Assembly: GCA_964625535.1 (NCBI GenBank)
Contig: CAZVEX010000001.1
Coordinates: forward strand, 128,295-192,294
DNA: 64,000 nt
DNA from: an uncultured Gammaproteobacteria bacterium
GTDB lineage: Bacteria > Patescibacteriota > Microgenomatia > Daviesbacterales > UBA10151
Reading direction: 5' to 3'
Shown here: positions 47,752 through 57,922 of the stretch, in pieces
Layout: the number at the start of each line of letters is the position of its first letter
Numbering within the stretch: position 1 is the first letter of the stretch
Position numbers and translations under genes: made by a program
Notes under the pieces: generated by a model
Told to the model about the DNA's origin: nothing
What the model saw: only the letters and a program-made list of their open reading frames with translations
The model's database searches: none

Positions 47752-50559
47752 ATGACTAAATTTAAGCCGGTTTCTTCACAGGTTGATTTTGTGGCTTTGG
47801 AAAAAGAGTTGCTGGAGTATTGGGAAAAACAGAAAATACTGGAAAAGTATCTTCACAAAAATGATTCCTCGGAGAAAAAGTTTTCTTTTTTGGATGGGCC
47901 AATTACTGCCAACAATCCCATGGGGGTTCATCATGCCTGGGGAAGGACATATAAAGATGTATGGCAGCGTTTTTTTAATATGAGGGGATTTCGGCAGCGT
48001 TTTCAAAACGGTTTTGACGAACAAGGGCTTTGGGTAGAAGTAGAAGTAGAAAAAGAGCTGGGATTAAAATCAAAAAAAGATATTGAAAATCTAGTTCCCG
48101 GAGATAAATTTGCCTCTTTAGAAAAGTTTATCAATCTTTGCAAAGAAAGAGTTAAAAAATATTCTGCTATACAAACAGAACAAAGTAAGAGACTGGGCTA
48201 TTTTATGGATTGGGACAACTCATATCACACTTCCTCTGATGAAAATAACTATGCTATTTGGAATTACTTAAAAGTAGTTCATGAAAAAGGATGGTTATAT
48301 AAAGGAAGAGATTCAGTACCCTGGTGTCCAAGATGCGGTACTGCCATTTCCCAGCATGAGATTTTAACAGAAGAGTATCAGGAAATTATACATGAATCTG
48401 TTTATTTTAAGCTGCCCATTCGCGGCAGAAAGAATGAGTACCTCTTGGTTTGGACCACCACCCCATGGACTATCCCGGCCAATGTGGCTGTGGCAGTTGA
48501 TCCCGAGAAAGATTATTTGAAAATTAAAGAGGGACAAGAATATTTTTATATTCAAAAAGGGAGGGCCAAAGTTTTAGGTTTTGGTAAAGGAGAGAGGATT
48601 TCTGGCAAAAACCTGGTCGGTTTGGAATACGATGCTCCTTTTGACCATTTGCCCAGAGTCAAAAATGCACTGGGAGAGTACAAACATAGAGTAGTTGAAA
48701 ATGACGAATTGATTTTGCCAATAAGCGAGGATGAAGGGACAGGATTAGTTCATGTGGCCACCGGTGCCGGAACTGAAGATTTTCGTCTGGGATTAAAACT
48801 CAATTTGCCGGTGATTGAGGTGATTGACGAGGAAGCTAATTATTTAGATGGAATGGAAAGTTTAAGCGGTCAAAATGCCAAACTTAAGCCACAGTTAATC
48901 ACCGGCAGTTTTTTGTTCAAGACTGAAAAAATTAAGCACCGCTACCCCACTTGCTGGAGGTGTAAAACAGAACTGGTATGGAGAGTTGTGGATGAGTGGT
49001 ATATAGCCATGGACCGAAAACCCATTTACAGACAGCAGATGATCGAGGTGGCCAAAAAAATTAACTGGATTCCTAAATGGGGTTTGGATAGAGAACTGGA
49101 CTGGTTAAAGAATATGCATGACTGGCTTATTTCCAAAAAAAGATATTGGGGACTATCCCTGCCGATTTGGGAATGCCACAAGTGTGGCAATTTTGAGGTA
49201 ATTGGCAACAGAAGGGAACTTAAGGAAAAAGCAGTCAAGGGTTGGAGTGACTTTGATGGTCATTCGCCTCATCGGCCATGGATTGATCAGATTAAGTTGA
49301 AGTGTTCAAAATGCGATGAAGTGATTGCCAGAGTTCCTGATGTGGGTAATCCTTGGCTTGATGCTGGTATAGTTCCATTTTCAACTATGCCTGCTGACTG
49401 GTTTCCCGCAGACTTTATAACAGAGGGTTTTCCCGGACAATTTAAGAACTGGTTTTATTCTTTAATTGCGATGAGTACAGCCTTAAAAAACACCAACCCG
49501 TTTAAAAATCTCTTGGGATTTGCCAGTGTGGTGGATGAACGTGGAGAAGAGATGCACAAGTCCAAAGGAAATGCCATTGAATTCAATGAAGCGGCAGATA
49601 AAGCCGGTGTAGATGTGATGAGATGGGTATATGTGACCCAAAATCCGGAGGTTAATTTACCTTTTGGTTATAATGTGGCTTCAGAGGTTAAAAGAAGGTT
49701 TTATTTAATTTTGTGGAACTGCTATAAGTTTTTTGTGGATTATGCTAATTATTCCAGTTTTTCCACCCCGGAGGAGTCCCTTTCGGGCCCACCATCCGAG
49801 GTGTTAGACAAATGGGTTTTGGCAAGACTTAATGAATTAATTTTTTTAGTTAATGATAAATTGGAAAAATATGATGCTTCAAGTGCCTCAAGAGCAATAG
49901 AAGATTTTGTGGTCAATGATTTTTCCACCTGGTATATTAGGCGTTCCAGAAATAGGATTGATACCTGTTTGCCTGTGATGTATGAAGTGTTAGTAACCTT
50001 GAGTAAACTTTTGGCTCCTTTTACGCCATTTATAGCCGAAGAAATATACCGAAACTTAACGGGAGAAGAATCTGTGCACCTTCAAGATTATCCCCAAGGA
50101 GATAAATCATTGCTTGATGAAGAGTTAATTAAAGATATGGCTTTAGTTAGAAAAATAGCCGAAAGCACTCATGCTAAAAGGAAAGAGGCGGGAATAAAAT
50201 TAAGACAGCCACTGGCTTTGTTAAAATATGGTTGGATTAAAAAATTAGAGGATGAATTTGAAAAAATACTCAAAGATGAGGTAAATGTTAAGGAAATTAA
50301 GTTTGAAAAATCTCAAGGTAAAGAGCCCATGGTAATATTGAATACAAAAATTACTCAAGATCTGAAAGAAGAAGGGAAGGCACGGGAGCTTATTAGGATG
50401 ATCCAACAAAAAAGAAAGGATCAGAATTTGACTAAAGCGGATAAGACAACGATTATTGCCACTTCCTGGCCAAAAAAATTCGAAAAGGAAATCTTGCAAG
50501 CAACTACTTCTTTATCTATTCGCGAGGGCTCGGAGCTCAAGGTATTAAAAGCAGAATAA
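47752..50559 (+). CDS. ileS: Isoleucine--tRNA ligase, type 2
   Basis: DGP.TAN..MGVHH, WTTTPWT, W.ISKKRYWG, EMHKSKGN, WYIRRSR, C-terminal EG.ARE..R.IQ..RK. Confidence 0.96.
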   Translation: MTKFKPVSSQVDFVALEKELLEYWEKQKILEKYLHKNDSSEKKFSFLDGPITANNPMGVHHAWGRTYKDVWQRFFNMRGFRQRFQNGFDEQGLWVEVEVEKELGLKSKKDIENLVPGDKFASLEKFINLCKERVKKYSAIQTEQSKRLGYFMDWDNSYHTSSDENNYAIWNYLKVVHEKGWLYKGRDSVPWCPRCGTAISQHEILTEEYQEIIHESVYFKLPIRGRKNEYLLVWTTTPWTIPANVAVAVDPEKDYLKIKEGQEYFYIQKGRAKVLGFGKGERISGKNLVGLEYDAPFDHLPRVKNALGEYKHRVVENDELILPISEDEGTGLVHVATGAGTEDFRLGLKLNLPVIEVIDEEANYLDGMESLSGQNAKLKPQLITGSFLFKTEKIKHRYPTCWRCKTELVWRVVDEWYIAMDRKPIYRQQMIEVAKKINWIPKWGLDRELDWLKNMHDWLISKKRYWGLSLPIWECHKCGNFEVIGNRRELKEKAVKGWSDFDGHSPHRPWIDQIKLKCSKCDEVIARVPDVGNPWLDAGIVPFSTMPADWFPADFITEGFPGQFKNWFYSLIAMSTALKNTNPFKNLLGFASVVDERGEEMHKSKGNAIEFNEAADKAGVDVMRWVYVTQNPEVNLPFGYNVASEVKRRFYLILWNCYKFFVDYANYSSFSTPEESLSGPPSEVLDKWVLARLNELIFLVNDKLEKYDASSASRAIEDFVVNDFSTWYIRRSRNRIDTCLPVMYEVLVTLSKLLAPFTPFIAEEIYRNLTGEESVHLQDYPQGDKSLLDEELIKDMALVRKIAESTHAKRKEAGIKLRQPLALLKYGWIKKLEDEFEKILKDEVNVKEIKFEKSQGKEPMVILNTKITQDLKEEGKARELIRMIQQKRKDQNLTKADKTTIIATSWPKKFEKEILQATTSLSIREGSELKVLKAE
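49764..49803. repeat. GC-rich imperfect palindrome inside ileS
   Basis: CACCCCGGA...CCC-TTTC-GGG...TCCGAGGTG; outer arms pair at 8 of 9 positions. Confidence 0.7.
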
Positions 50560-51635
50560 TGAAATTTTTGGTATCTTTAAACCCGACTTTGACTATTTGC
50601 TCAACCCTGCTGCTTTCCATAGCTATCTTGGTGATTTACTCATCTTCTAAGCAGCTGGCTGCATTTCAGCTGCTCTTTGCCCTAGGGGGGATAGCTGCCT
50701 ACTTTTTTATTTCCCGGTTTGATTACAGATCAATTAGAAATTTGACTGTCCTGCTTTACTTTGTGGTGCTGGCTTTACTCCTTGTGGCGGCAATCTTGGG
50801 TTTTGAAACCAGAGGTTCGGTCAGGTGGATTCCTCTGGGGGTGATTAATTTGCAGCCTTCGGAGCTTGCAAAACCGGTGCTAATTCTATTATTGGCCGAT
50901 TTCTGGTCCAAAAATTTGCCATCTTGGTCAAATATTGCCAAGAGTCTCTTTTGGACCATTCCCCCGGCTGTTTTAATCTTTAATCAGCCTGATCTGGGAT
51001 CTACCCTAACGCTTTTAGCTATCTGGCTGGGAATGCTTTTTGCCTCAAAAGTGTCACCTAAAAAAATTGCCCTTCTTGTTTTTGTGGTTGTTCTGATTAT
51101 CCCCGTTGGCTGGTTTTCCTTAAGGGATTATCAAAAGGAACGCCTGATCGGTTTTTTGGATCCCCACTCGGATCCTTTGGGAAGAGGTTATAATGTTATC
51201 CAATCAACTATTGCCGTGGGATCCGGTGAGATTTTCGGCAGGGGTTTGGGAAGAGGAACTCAATCGCGCCTGCAGTTTTTACCCGAATTTAGAACCGATT
51301 TTATTTTTGCCTCAATTGCCGAAGAGATGGGATTTGTAGGTTCACTGCTCATTTTAGTCATATATCTTGTGCTGATTGTTTATTGCTTAAAGGTTGCGGC
51401 GCAATCTTCTGATGCATTTGGATTTTTGCTGGTAACCGGGGCTGTTTCCATGTTGTGGTTTCAGGTAGTTGTCAACATAGGCATGAATATTGGTCTGGTG
51501 CCAATCACGGGCATCACCCTTCCTTTAATTTCTTATGGAGGAAACTCGCTCGTTGCCACCATGATCGTGCTGGGTTTGGTAGCTTCTGTTGCCAGATATA
51601 AAAGAAAGATTGACAGCCAAAGCTATTCAGAGTAA
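50559..51635 (+). CDS. rodA: Rod shape-determining protein RodA
   Basis: QPSE.AK, QPDLG, DP.GRGYN..QS.IA.GSG, FLPE..TDFIF. Confidence 0.93.
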   Translation: MKFLVSLNPTLTICSTLLLSIAILVIYSSSKQLAAFQLLFALGGIAAYFFISRFDYRSIRNLTVLLYFVVLALLLVAAILGFETRGSVRWIPLGVINLQPSELAKPVLILLLADFWSKNLPSWSNIAKSLFWTIPPAVLIFNQPDLGSTLTLLAIWLGMLFASKVSPKKIALLVFVVVLIIPVGWFSLRDYQKERLIGFLDPHSDPLGRGYNVIQSTIAVGSGEIFGRGLGRGTQSRLQFLPEFRTDFIFASIAEEMGFVGSLLILVIYLVLIVYCLKVAAQSSDAFGFLLVTGAVSMLWFQVVVNIGMNIGLVPITGITLPLISYGGNSLVATMIVLGLVASVARYKRKIDSQSYSE

Positions 51636-51638
51636 TAT
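51610..51638 (+). promoter_or_regulatory. Putative rplU promoter TTGACA-17-TAATAT
   Basis: Consensus -35 within the rodA 3' end and a 17-nt spacer. Confidence 0.6.
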
Positions 51639-51647
51639 TTGTTTCCT

Positions 51648-51929
51648 ATGATAGATTATGCAGTTTGTGAGATTGCAGGAAAACAATATAAAGTTGTCCC
51701 GGGCCAATCTTTGACGGTTGCAGGTCAACTGTCCGCAAAGGTATTATTGCTGGCAGAGAACGGAAAGATTAAAGTCGGCCACCCGTATTTAAAGGAGAAT
51801 TTAAACTTAAAATCTTTGGGAGAAGTAAAAGGAGAAAAGGTTAGAGTAGCTAAATTTCATGCCAAGGCTAATTACAGGAAAGTTACAGGTTACAGGAAAA
51901 AATTCTTAAAAGTTGTTCTTGATATTTAG
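51648..51929 (+). CDS. rplU: 50S ribosomal protein bL21
   Basis: [30 protein letters not shown]. Confidence 0.93.
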   Translation: MIDYAVCEIAGKQYKVVPGQSLTVAGQLSAKVLLLAENGKIKVGHPYLKENLNLKSLGEVKGEKVRVAKFHAKANYRKVTGYRKKFLKVVLDI

Positions 51930-51932
51930 GGG

Positions 51933-51961
51933 TTGATTTATTTTTTCACAATAGATATACT
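51933..51961 (+). promoter_or_regulatory. Promoter TTGATT-17-TATACT, leaderless rpmA
   Basis: The -10 hexamer ends 6 nt before ATG 51968; no Shine-Dalgarno sequence. Confidence 0.7.
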
Positions 51962-51967
51962 CCTCTC

Positions 51968-52213
51968 ATGGCGCACAAAACAGGCGGCGGAAGTACCAGA
52001 AAAAATAAAGATTCCATTTCCAAAAGATTGGGTGTAAAAAGATTTGGCGGAGAAAAGGTAGTATCCGGCAATATTCTGGTGCGCCAAAAGGGTAATAAAT
52101 TTTATCCGGGAGCAGGCACCAAACAGGGTAATGATTATACTATCTTTGCTATTACTTCAGGCCAGGTCAAATTCCATAAAAAGCAAAGCAAATTGTTAGT
52201 TGCTGTCATCTAG
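51968..52213 (+). CDS. rpmA: 50S ribosomal protein bL27
   Basis: MAHKTGGGS...DS.SKRLGVK, GNILVRQ.G. Confidence 0.97.
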   Translation: MAHKTGGGSTRKNKDSISKRLGVKRFGGEKVVSGNILVRQKGNKFYPGAGTKQGNDYTIFAITSGQVKFHKKQSKLLVAVI

Positions 52214-52215
52214 AT

Positions 52216-53064
52216 ATGGAAAACGAACAAACATATCAACTGGAAATAGAACTGCTTCAGCCAAATCCTCTGCAGCCCCGGGGTTTGATTAGTCCCGAAT
52301 CTCTGGCCGAGCTGGCAGAATCAATCAGAACCCATGGCATATTGGAACCTTTAGTGGTAGCCAAAACACCGGCCGGCTATCAAATTATTGCCGGCGAGAG
52401 ACGCTGGCGAGCAGCCAAACTGATTGGTCTATCCCAAGTGCCGGTGATTATTCGTGAGACCTCGCCCCAGGGTATGCTGGAGATGGCCATAGTGGAAAAT
52501 GTCCAAAGGATAGACTTAAACCCTCTGGAAAGAGCTCAAGCCTACAGAAGATTAATGGACGAATTTAATCTAACTAATGGCGAGATTTCGTTACGGGTAT
52601 CCAAAAGCCCTTCCTATATTTCCAATACTATCAGATTGTTAACTTTACCCGATGCTCTCAAAGATGCTTTGATGTCCGGGGCTACCACAGAAGGACACGT
52701 GCGGGCCCTTTCCGCCCTGGAAGACCCTCATCTTATTATTGAAGCCTACAAAGAAGTGTTGAAAAGGAATTTATCTGTCAGGGGGACGGAAGAATTGGTC
52801 AGACGCCTTCGGGCCAGAGTGGGACTTCCACCCAAAAAATCAGCCGTGATCGAGGATATGCATATAATTTCGGAAGAGATTGATAATATTGAGCAGGACC
52901 TGGGAAGTGTTTTATCGCGATTTGCCAAAACCCAAGTGAAACTCGAGCAAACCGGCAAAAAAGCCACCATCAGAATGTCAATTGAGGGTGCACCCGATCA
53001 AACAGTGGAGATTTTAAAAGATATCAATCAGGCCATTGGCGGTTACTTTAATCTTAAGACTTAA
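52216..53064 (+). CDS. parB: ParB/Spo0J partition protein
   Basis: PNP.QPR, IIAGERRWRA, ENVQR.DLNP.E.A, HTH. Confidence 0.93.
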   Translation: MENEQTYQLEIELLQPNPLQPRGLISPESLAELAESIRTHGILEPLVVAKTPAGYQIIAGERRWRAAKLIGLSQVPVIIRETSPQGMLEMAIVENVQRIDLNPLERAQAYRRLMDEFNLTNGEISLRVSKSPSYISNTIRLLTLPDALKDALMSGATTEGHVRALSALEDPHLIIEAYKEVLKRNLSVRGTEELVRRLRARVGLPPKKSAVIEDMHIISEEIDNIEQDLGSVLSRFAKTQVKLEQTGKKATIRMSIEGAPDQTVEILKDINQAIGGYFNLKT

Positions 53065-53654
53065 GGAGATTTGATAAAGCCGAAACCGGCAAGCGGCCAG
53101 TATCTGAAAAAAGCTCTGCCGACAATTTCCCCACGGGTGATAGCACCCCATTCTCTGGAATCTGAAGAGTGGCCTCTGTTATCACCCAGCACAAAATATT
53201 GGTTTGGTCCTGCTTTGACTGTCTCGCCTTCTTGCAAAAATGCTCCGCTACTACTTTTTAAATCGGCGGGCAGATAGCTTTCCGATAAAGCCTTGTCATT
53301 AACAAAAACTTGCCCGCCTTCGATTTTGACGGTGTCGCCTGGTCTGGCAATAATTCTTTTGATAAAATCCTGCGATTCATCCCTCGGGTTTTTTAAAACA
53401 ATTATGTCTCCTTTTTTGGGCTGGCCCAATCTGTAGCTTAATTTATCCGTGATGATATAGTCTCCGCTTAGAAAAGTGGGTACCATAGAGTTACCTGAGA
53501 CTTTGTGAGGCTGGGCCACAAACAGGTAGATAACGGTAAAAATAGCCCCAAAAATTACCAGGGTTTGGATCAAATCAATGATATGATCCTTTAAGTTGCC
53601 AAAAAATCCTTTATTTTCCTCTCCCAAAATTATCTGGTTTGCCACCGGATCCAT
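53061..53654 (-). CDS. lepB: Signal peptidase I
   Basis: GNSM.P, FIKRII, GDNR..SSDSR. Confidence 0.95.
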   Translation of the reverse strand: MDPVANQIILGEENKGFFGNLKDHIIDLIQTLVIFGAIFTVIYLFVAQPHKVSGNSMVPTFLSGDYIITDKLSYRLGQPKKGDIIVLKNPRDESQDFIKRIIARPGDTVKIEGGQVFVNDKALSESYLPADLKSSSGAFLQEGETVKAGPNQYFVLGDNRGHSSDSREWGAITRGEIVGRAFFRYWPLAGFGFIKSP

Positions 53655-53718
53655 CCCTAGATTATGGCAATTCCAAGCTTGAGATGCAAGGGGTGGGATG
53701 GTAGAATGTGGGTGTGAT

Positions 53719-53790
53719 GGACGGATAGCTCAGTGGTAGAGCGCTGCATTCACATTGCAGATGTCGGGGGTTCAAATCCCTCTCCGTCCA
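53719..53790 (+). tRNA. tRNA-Val(CAC)
   Basis: Acceptor GGACGGA/TCCGTCC, anticodon arm CTGCA-TTCACAT-TGCAG, T-loop TTCAAAT; CCA not encoded. Confidence 0.95.
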
Positions 53791-53810
53791 CAATTTGATA
53801 CAATTAGTTT

Positions 53811-55040
53811 GTGAACAATATCCTAAAGCAATCTTCATGGCTATTTTTGGCACAAGTGGTAGGAAGAGGAATTGGCCTTTTTTATACCATTTTCCTGGCC
53901 AGGAATTTAGGGGTATCCGACTTTGGACTTTATTCCGCAGCGCTAGCTTACTATTCACTTTTTGCCGCTTTGGCAGATTTTGGTTTCAGCAGGTTTTTAG
54001 TGAGGGAAATAGCCAGGGGCAGTTTAAAAATTGCGGAAGTTTTCTCCAATATCACAATTTTACGCCTGACCATAACTTCTTTACTATTTGCTGCCTTCTC
54101 GCTGGCACTTTATATTTTTGATCCCGATAAATTCAGAGTCAGCCTGACACTTCTTACGGTCATGACTGTTTTACCGCTGTCAATAACCCAAACTGTGGAC
54201 AGCATTTTCATTGCCATGCAAAAAATGAAACTATCTGCAATCTCTCTGGTTGCATTGAACATAGCTACAATTATAACCGGAGTGTTCCTTATAAATTCGG
54301 GATTTGGGGTAACAGGCGCGGCAGTAGCTTTAATTTTCGGGCAATTGGTTTATTTGATAATACTTGTACTATTTTTGAAAATGCAAAAAAAGCCTTTGCT
54401 TGCAATCGTTAGAACTAAAACTTTGAAACAGGCGGTAGTTGGATCGCTACCCTATGGGCTGTTGGCCATTTTAGGTCTGATTTATTTTCGAATAGATACC
54501 CTGATGCTTTCCTATCTGCGGGGTAATTTTGAAACAGGCATTTATTCGGCCGGTTACAAATTCTTGGAAGCCCTTATCTTTATCCCTAACTCGTTGGCCA
54601 TTGTTTTGTTCCCAACCCTTGCCAAATTACATGAGCATAATTTGGCTAAAATTAAACTACTATTCTCCCAAAGCATTAAAATAATGGTGTTTCTGTCGGT
54701 TTTAGTTTTTATTGCATATAATTTAATTCTGCCTCCCTTTATCAGATTTTTCCTGCCAAATTATTTACCTTCTATAGAAGTAATCAGAATTCTCTCTCTA
54801 GCAATTCCCTTTATATTTATTTATGTACCCCTTTCGCAGATTTTACTTTCTACAGACAAATATCTCAAACAGGTAATTTTAATTTCGCTTTTGCCGCTAT
54901 GTTCTAATATCATTCTAAATCTGATCTTTATCCCCAGGTTCGGTTTTTTAGGGGCCTCTTGGATTACTGTGGCATCTGATGTATTAAGCACTGCAATCGT
55001 ACTAATTTTTATTAAGAGATTAGTTTTTAAGCATGGATAG
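53811..55040 (+). CDS. Wzx-like flippase
   Basis: ARNLG..DFG.Y, DFG, IYFRID..ML, GIYSAGY, LN...IP.FG..GA. Confidence 0.88.
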   Translation: MNNILKQSSWLFLAQVVGRGIGLFYTIFLARNLGVSDFGLYSAALAYYSLFAALADFGFSRFLVREIARGSLKIAEVFSNITILRLTITSLLFAAFSLALYIFDPDKFRVSLTLLTVMTVLPLSITQTVDSIFIAMQKMKLSAISLVALNIATIITGVFLINSGFGVTGAAVALIFGQLVYLIILVLFLKMQKKPLLAIVRTKTLKQAVVGSLPYGLLAILGLIYFRIDTLMLSYLRGNFETGIYSAGYKFLEALIFIPNSLAIVLFPTLAKLHEHNLAKIKLLFSQSIKIMVFLSVLVFIAYNLILPPFIRFFLPNYLPSIEVIRILSLAIPFIFIYVPLSQILLSTDKYLKQVILISLLPLCSNIILNLIFIPRFGFLGASWITVASDVLSTAIVLIFIKRLVFKHG

Positions 55041-55713
55041 AAAATCGCCTTATTATTATTTGAATTCTGCTTCTTATTTTGGGTGGGGAGAAAACTCAAA
55101 GCCAGATCAGGAGAGATTAAGGCTTATCGACAGGTATACGGTGGGAAAAAGCATTTTAGATATCGGCTGTGGGGTTGGATTATATGTTGATTATGTTACA
55201 TCAAAAGGTTATGAAGGCACAGGGGTAGATTTTGTGAGCAAGTTTATCGATAAAGCCAAAGAAACCTTTAGAGGTAATTTTATAAAAGACAAAATAGAAA
55301 AATTGCCCTTTTGGGAAAACCAGTTTGACACAAGTTTTTTATTTGATGTTTTGGAACATAGAGATGACGTAAAATTACTCAAGGAGGCAAAAAGAGTAAC
55401 AGCTAAAAGAATTCTCATCATAGTTCCAAGACAAGTTGATACTTTTCTTGAACAAAGTGGGGTAATATTCAGGCATTACCTGGATAAATCCCATCTTAGA
55501 GAGTACGAGGAAAAGGATCTTAAGAAATTAGCAAAAAACGTCGGGTTAAGATTGACCCATTGCGAGAAAATACACCCCCTTTATAATGAAACTATTTTCC
55601 TGGCCTTATTTACCGGTTCTGTCTTCCTAAAGAAGATATTACGGAAATTAGTGTTTTTTATTCTTCCCAAAAGCAAGTTACCTACAGAGTATTTTGCTGT
55701 TTTTGAAAAATAA
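55033..55713 (+). CDS. Class I SAM-dependent methyltransferase
   Basis: ILDIGCGVG, LPF....FD, DVLEH, H.REY. Confidence 0.9.
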   Translation: MDRKSPYYYLNSASYFGWGENSKPDQERLRLIDRYTVGKSILDIGCGVGLYVDYVTSKGYEGTGVDFVSKFIDKAKETFRGNFIKDKIEKLPFWENQFDTSFLFDVLEHRDDVKLLKEAKRVTAKRILIIVPRQVDTFLEQSGVIFRHYLDKSHLREYEEKDLKKLAKNVGLRLTHCEKIHPLYNETIFLALFTGSVFLKKILRKLVFFILPKSKLPTEYFAVFEK

Positions 55714-55716
55714 TTC

Positions 55717-56850
55717 ATGAAAATTGGTATAGACATATCCGTATTAAATGATAGACAGAAAACAGGTATCGCTAACTATACTTATCAGTTAATCAATGCT
55801 CTTCTAAAAATAAACAGAGAAGATAAATTTATCCTTTTTGGTATAGCCACATTCTCCACGTTTGATTACTTAAAAAATTTACCCTTTAAAAATTATTCTA
55901 ATGTAGAGATGAAAATTTACAGAATGCCGGCAAGAGCTTTTAGAACAACATTTTTACTCTGGCAAAAAATAAATTTTCCTCCCATTGAAAAATTAGTTGG
56001 TCCTGTTGATTTATTTCACAACTTTAACTGGTATTTTCCGCCTCAAAAAAAAGGTAAAAAGGTGGCAACTGTTTTTGATATGACGCCAATTTTGTATCCT
56101 CGCTGGCACCAGCAAAAAACCGTTCAGCTTGATCGGTTAAGACTTAATGTAGTTAAAGAAAATGCCGATTTGGTAGTTACTATTTCTCAAAATTCAAAAA
56201 GGGATTTTATGGATTTTGCCCCTTCACGCCGCATTGAAGTAATTTATCCGGCCGCCTCATCGCAATTTAAACCGAGATCAAATCCTCAAGGCGTTAAAAA
56301 TGTTTTACAAAAGTACTGGCTCAAAGAAGATTATTTTTTGTCGGTTGGCACTTTGGAACCCCGGAAAAATATCCGCATGCTCATTGAGGCTTTTTTGGAA
56401 ACGGGTCTTAAAAATCAACTGGTTTTGGCAGGAGGGCCAGGCTGGGGAAACAAGGAGATTTTTGATTTTGCCAAAAAACATCCTGATAAAATTAAGCTTA
56501 CTGGTTTTGTGGAAGACGGCGATTTGTCCTATCTTTATCAGGGGGCAATCTGTATGACTTACCCTTCTTTTTACGAGGGTTTTGGTATCCCTGTGCTTGA
56601 AGCTTTAGCTTGCGGTACTCCGGTGATTTGTGCCAATACCGCCTCTTTGCCCGAGGTGGGTGGGAATGCTGCGCGCTACATTGACCCAACCAGCAAAGAC
56701 AGTTTGAAAAAAGCCTTAATTTCCGTATTTAACAACGAAAATTTAAGAAAACAAATGATTGCCAAAGGGTTAAAACAGGCCCAAAAATTTTCCTGGCAAA
56801 AGTCGGCTAAGAGGTTGAATCAGCTTTATCAACAGTTACTGCAAGAATAA
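55717..56850 (+). CDS. Glycosyltransferase family 4 (MtfB-like)
   Basis: [31 protein letters not shown]. Confidence 0.92.
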   Translation: MKIGIDISVLNDRQKTGIANYTYQLINALLKINREDKFILFGIATFSTFDYLKNLPFKNYSNVEMKIYRMPARAFRTTFLLWQKINFPPIEKLVGPVDLFHNFNWYFPPQKKGKKVATVFDMTPILYPRWHQQKTVQLDRLRLNVVKENADLVVTISQNSKRDFMDFAPSRRIEVIYPAASSQFKPRSNPQGVKNVLQKYWLKEDYFLSVGTLEPRKNIRMLIEAFLETGLKNQLVLAGGPGWGNKEIFDFAKKHPDKIKLTGFVEDGDLSYLYQGAICMTYPSFYEGFGIPVLEALACGTPVICANTASLPEVGGNAARYIDPTSKDSLKKALISVFNNENLRKQMIAKGLKQAQKFSWQKSAKRLNQLYQQLLQE

Positions 56851-57922
56851 GCCAAAGCAGAATGGACGGAAAAAACAAACTGTTGGCAAAGAGGCTGTGA
56901 AACAGAAGACCGGAAACTGCCGGCAATAAAATCATCTTTCGAGACTTGATGAGCCAGAATAAGAAAAGTATATAGCTTAACAAACCTAAAGCTCCGGTGG
57001 TGGCTAACACAAACAGCAGGGAGGAATCATTACTGGATGATCCGTGGCTTTGTAAAAATTGCATATCAGCGAGCTTAAATTCTCTGATGGCGTAGCGGTA
57101 GGCATTAAAGCCCACTCCCAAGACAGGATGTTTTTCAACAAGCTGCCAGCCCTGCTTCCAGGTATTGATTCTAAAAGAGGCCGAAGCGCTTCTGTTGATA
57201 CCTCTGGGTAGCTCAATAAAGCGGCTATAAAGAAAAAAACCAAGTAGAAGTCCTGCAAAAAGAGCAAGAGTTAGCAGCTGCAGTCTCAAGGACCTTAAAA
57301 GAAATGCCAAAGCGCTGAAACTAATAAAAAACATGCCATAACTTGATCTAGAAAAGGTTAGCAAAAGCGCCAGATAAACCATTGTAAACATGGCATAGTT
57401 CTTTCTGACTAGCATTAGTGTTAAGACCAAAAAAGCCCCGGTAAAGTTAGGATCTAAAAAGGTGGAGGCTACCCGAAAAAAATGTGGATCCCAGCCTAAA
57501 GTTTCCAAAAAAACAAGATCTGGCAAAAGGACAACCTGCAAAATACCCAAAATAGCCAGGGCCACTCCGGCCAGTTTCAAGACCTCAAATATCTGTTTTT
57601 TTAAGGCACCCTGGGCAATGATCCAACCGGACAAAATTATTAGCATAAATCTCAAAGTATAGGAAAAACTTACTGCCCTATCCTGGAAAGTTAGTTGTAA
57701 AGGAGTAAGGAGTAGCGATAGGGAAGCAACTGCAATGAATAAAAAAGCGGACTTGATGTAAGAGGGGGTTTTTTGAAACTTGAACCTGAATTTGAGAAGA
57801 TAAAAGATCACAAATGTCAAAACCATAAGATCCAGCAGGGTAATAGCTCCCGGACCAAGGGGGACGCGAACGAGCTGGCCGGCTACAATGGAAAGTGTCA
57901 AGATCCAGGCAAAAATACTCAT
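56807..57922 (-). CDS. O-antigen ligase-like membrane protein
   Basis: R..STFLDPNF.G, LTFSRS, R...W, HP.LGVGFN. Confidence 0.85.
   Translation of the reverse strand: MSIFAWILTLSIVAGQLVRVPLGPGAITLLDLMVLTFVIFYLLKFRFKFQKTPSYIKSAFLFIAVASLSLLLTPLQLTFQDRAVSFSYTLRFMLIILSGWIIAQGALKKQIFEVLKLAGVALAILGILQVVLLPDLVFLETLGWDPHFFRVASTFLDPNFTGAFLVLTLMLVRKNYAMFTMVYLALLLTFSRSSYGMFFISFSALAFLLRSLRLQLLTLALFAGLLLGFFLYSRFIELPRGINRSASASFRINTWKQGWQLVEKHPVLGVGFNAYRYAIREFKLADMQFLQSHGSSSNDSSLLFVLATTGALGLLSYILFLFWLIKSRKMILLPAVSGLLFHSLFANSLFFPSILLWLILAVTVDKADSTS

Noticed and set aside
53662-54121. ORFs 53662..53958 (-) and 53795..54121 (+)
   Set aside because: Shadows of tRNA-Val and the flippase; no independent coding signal.
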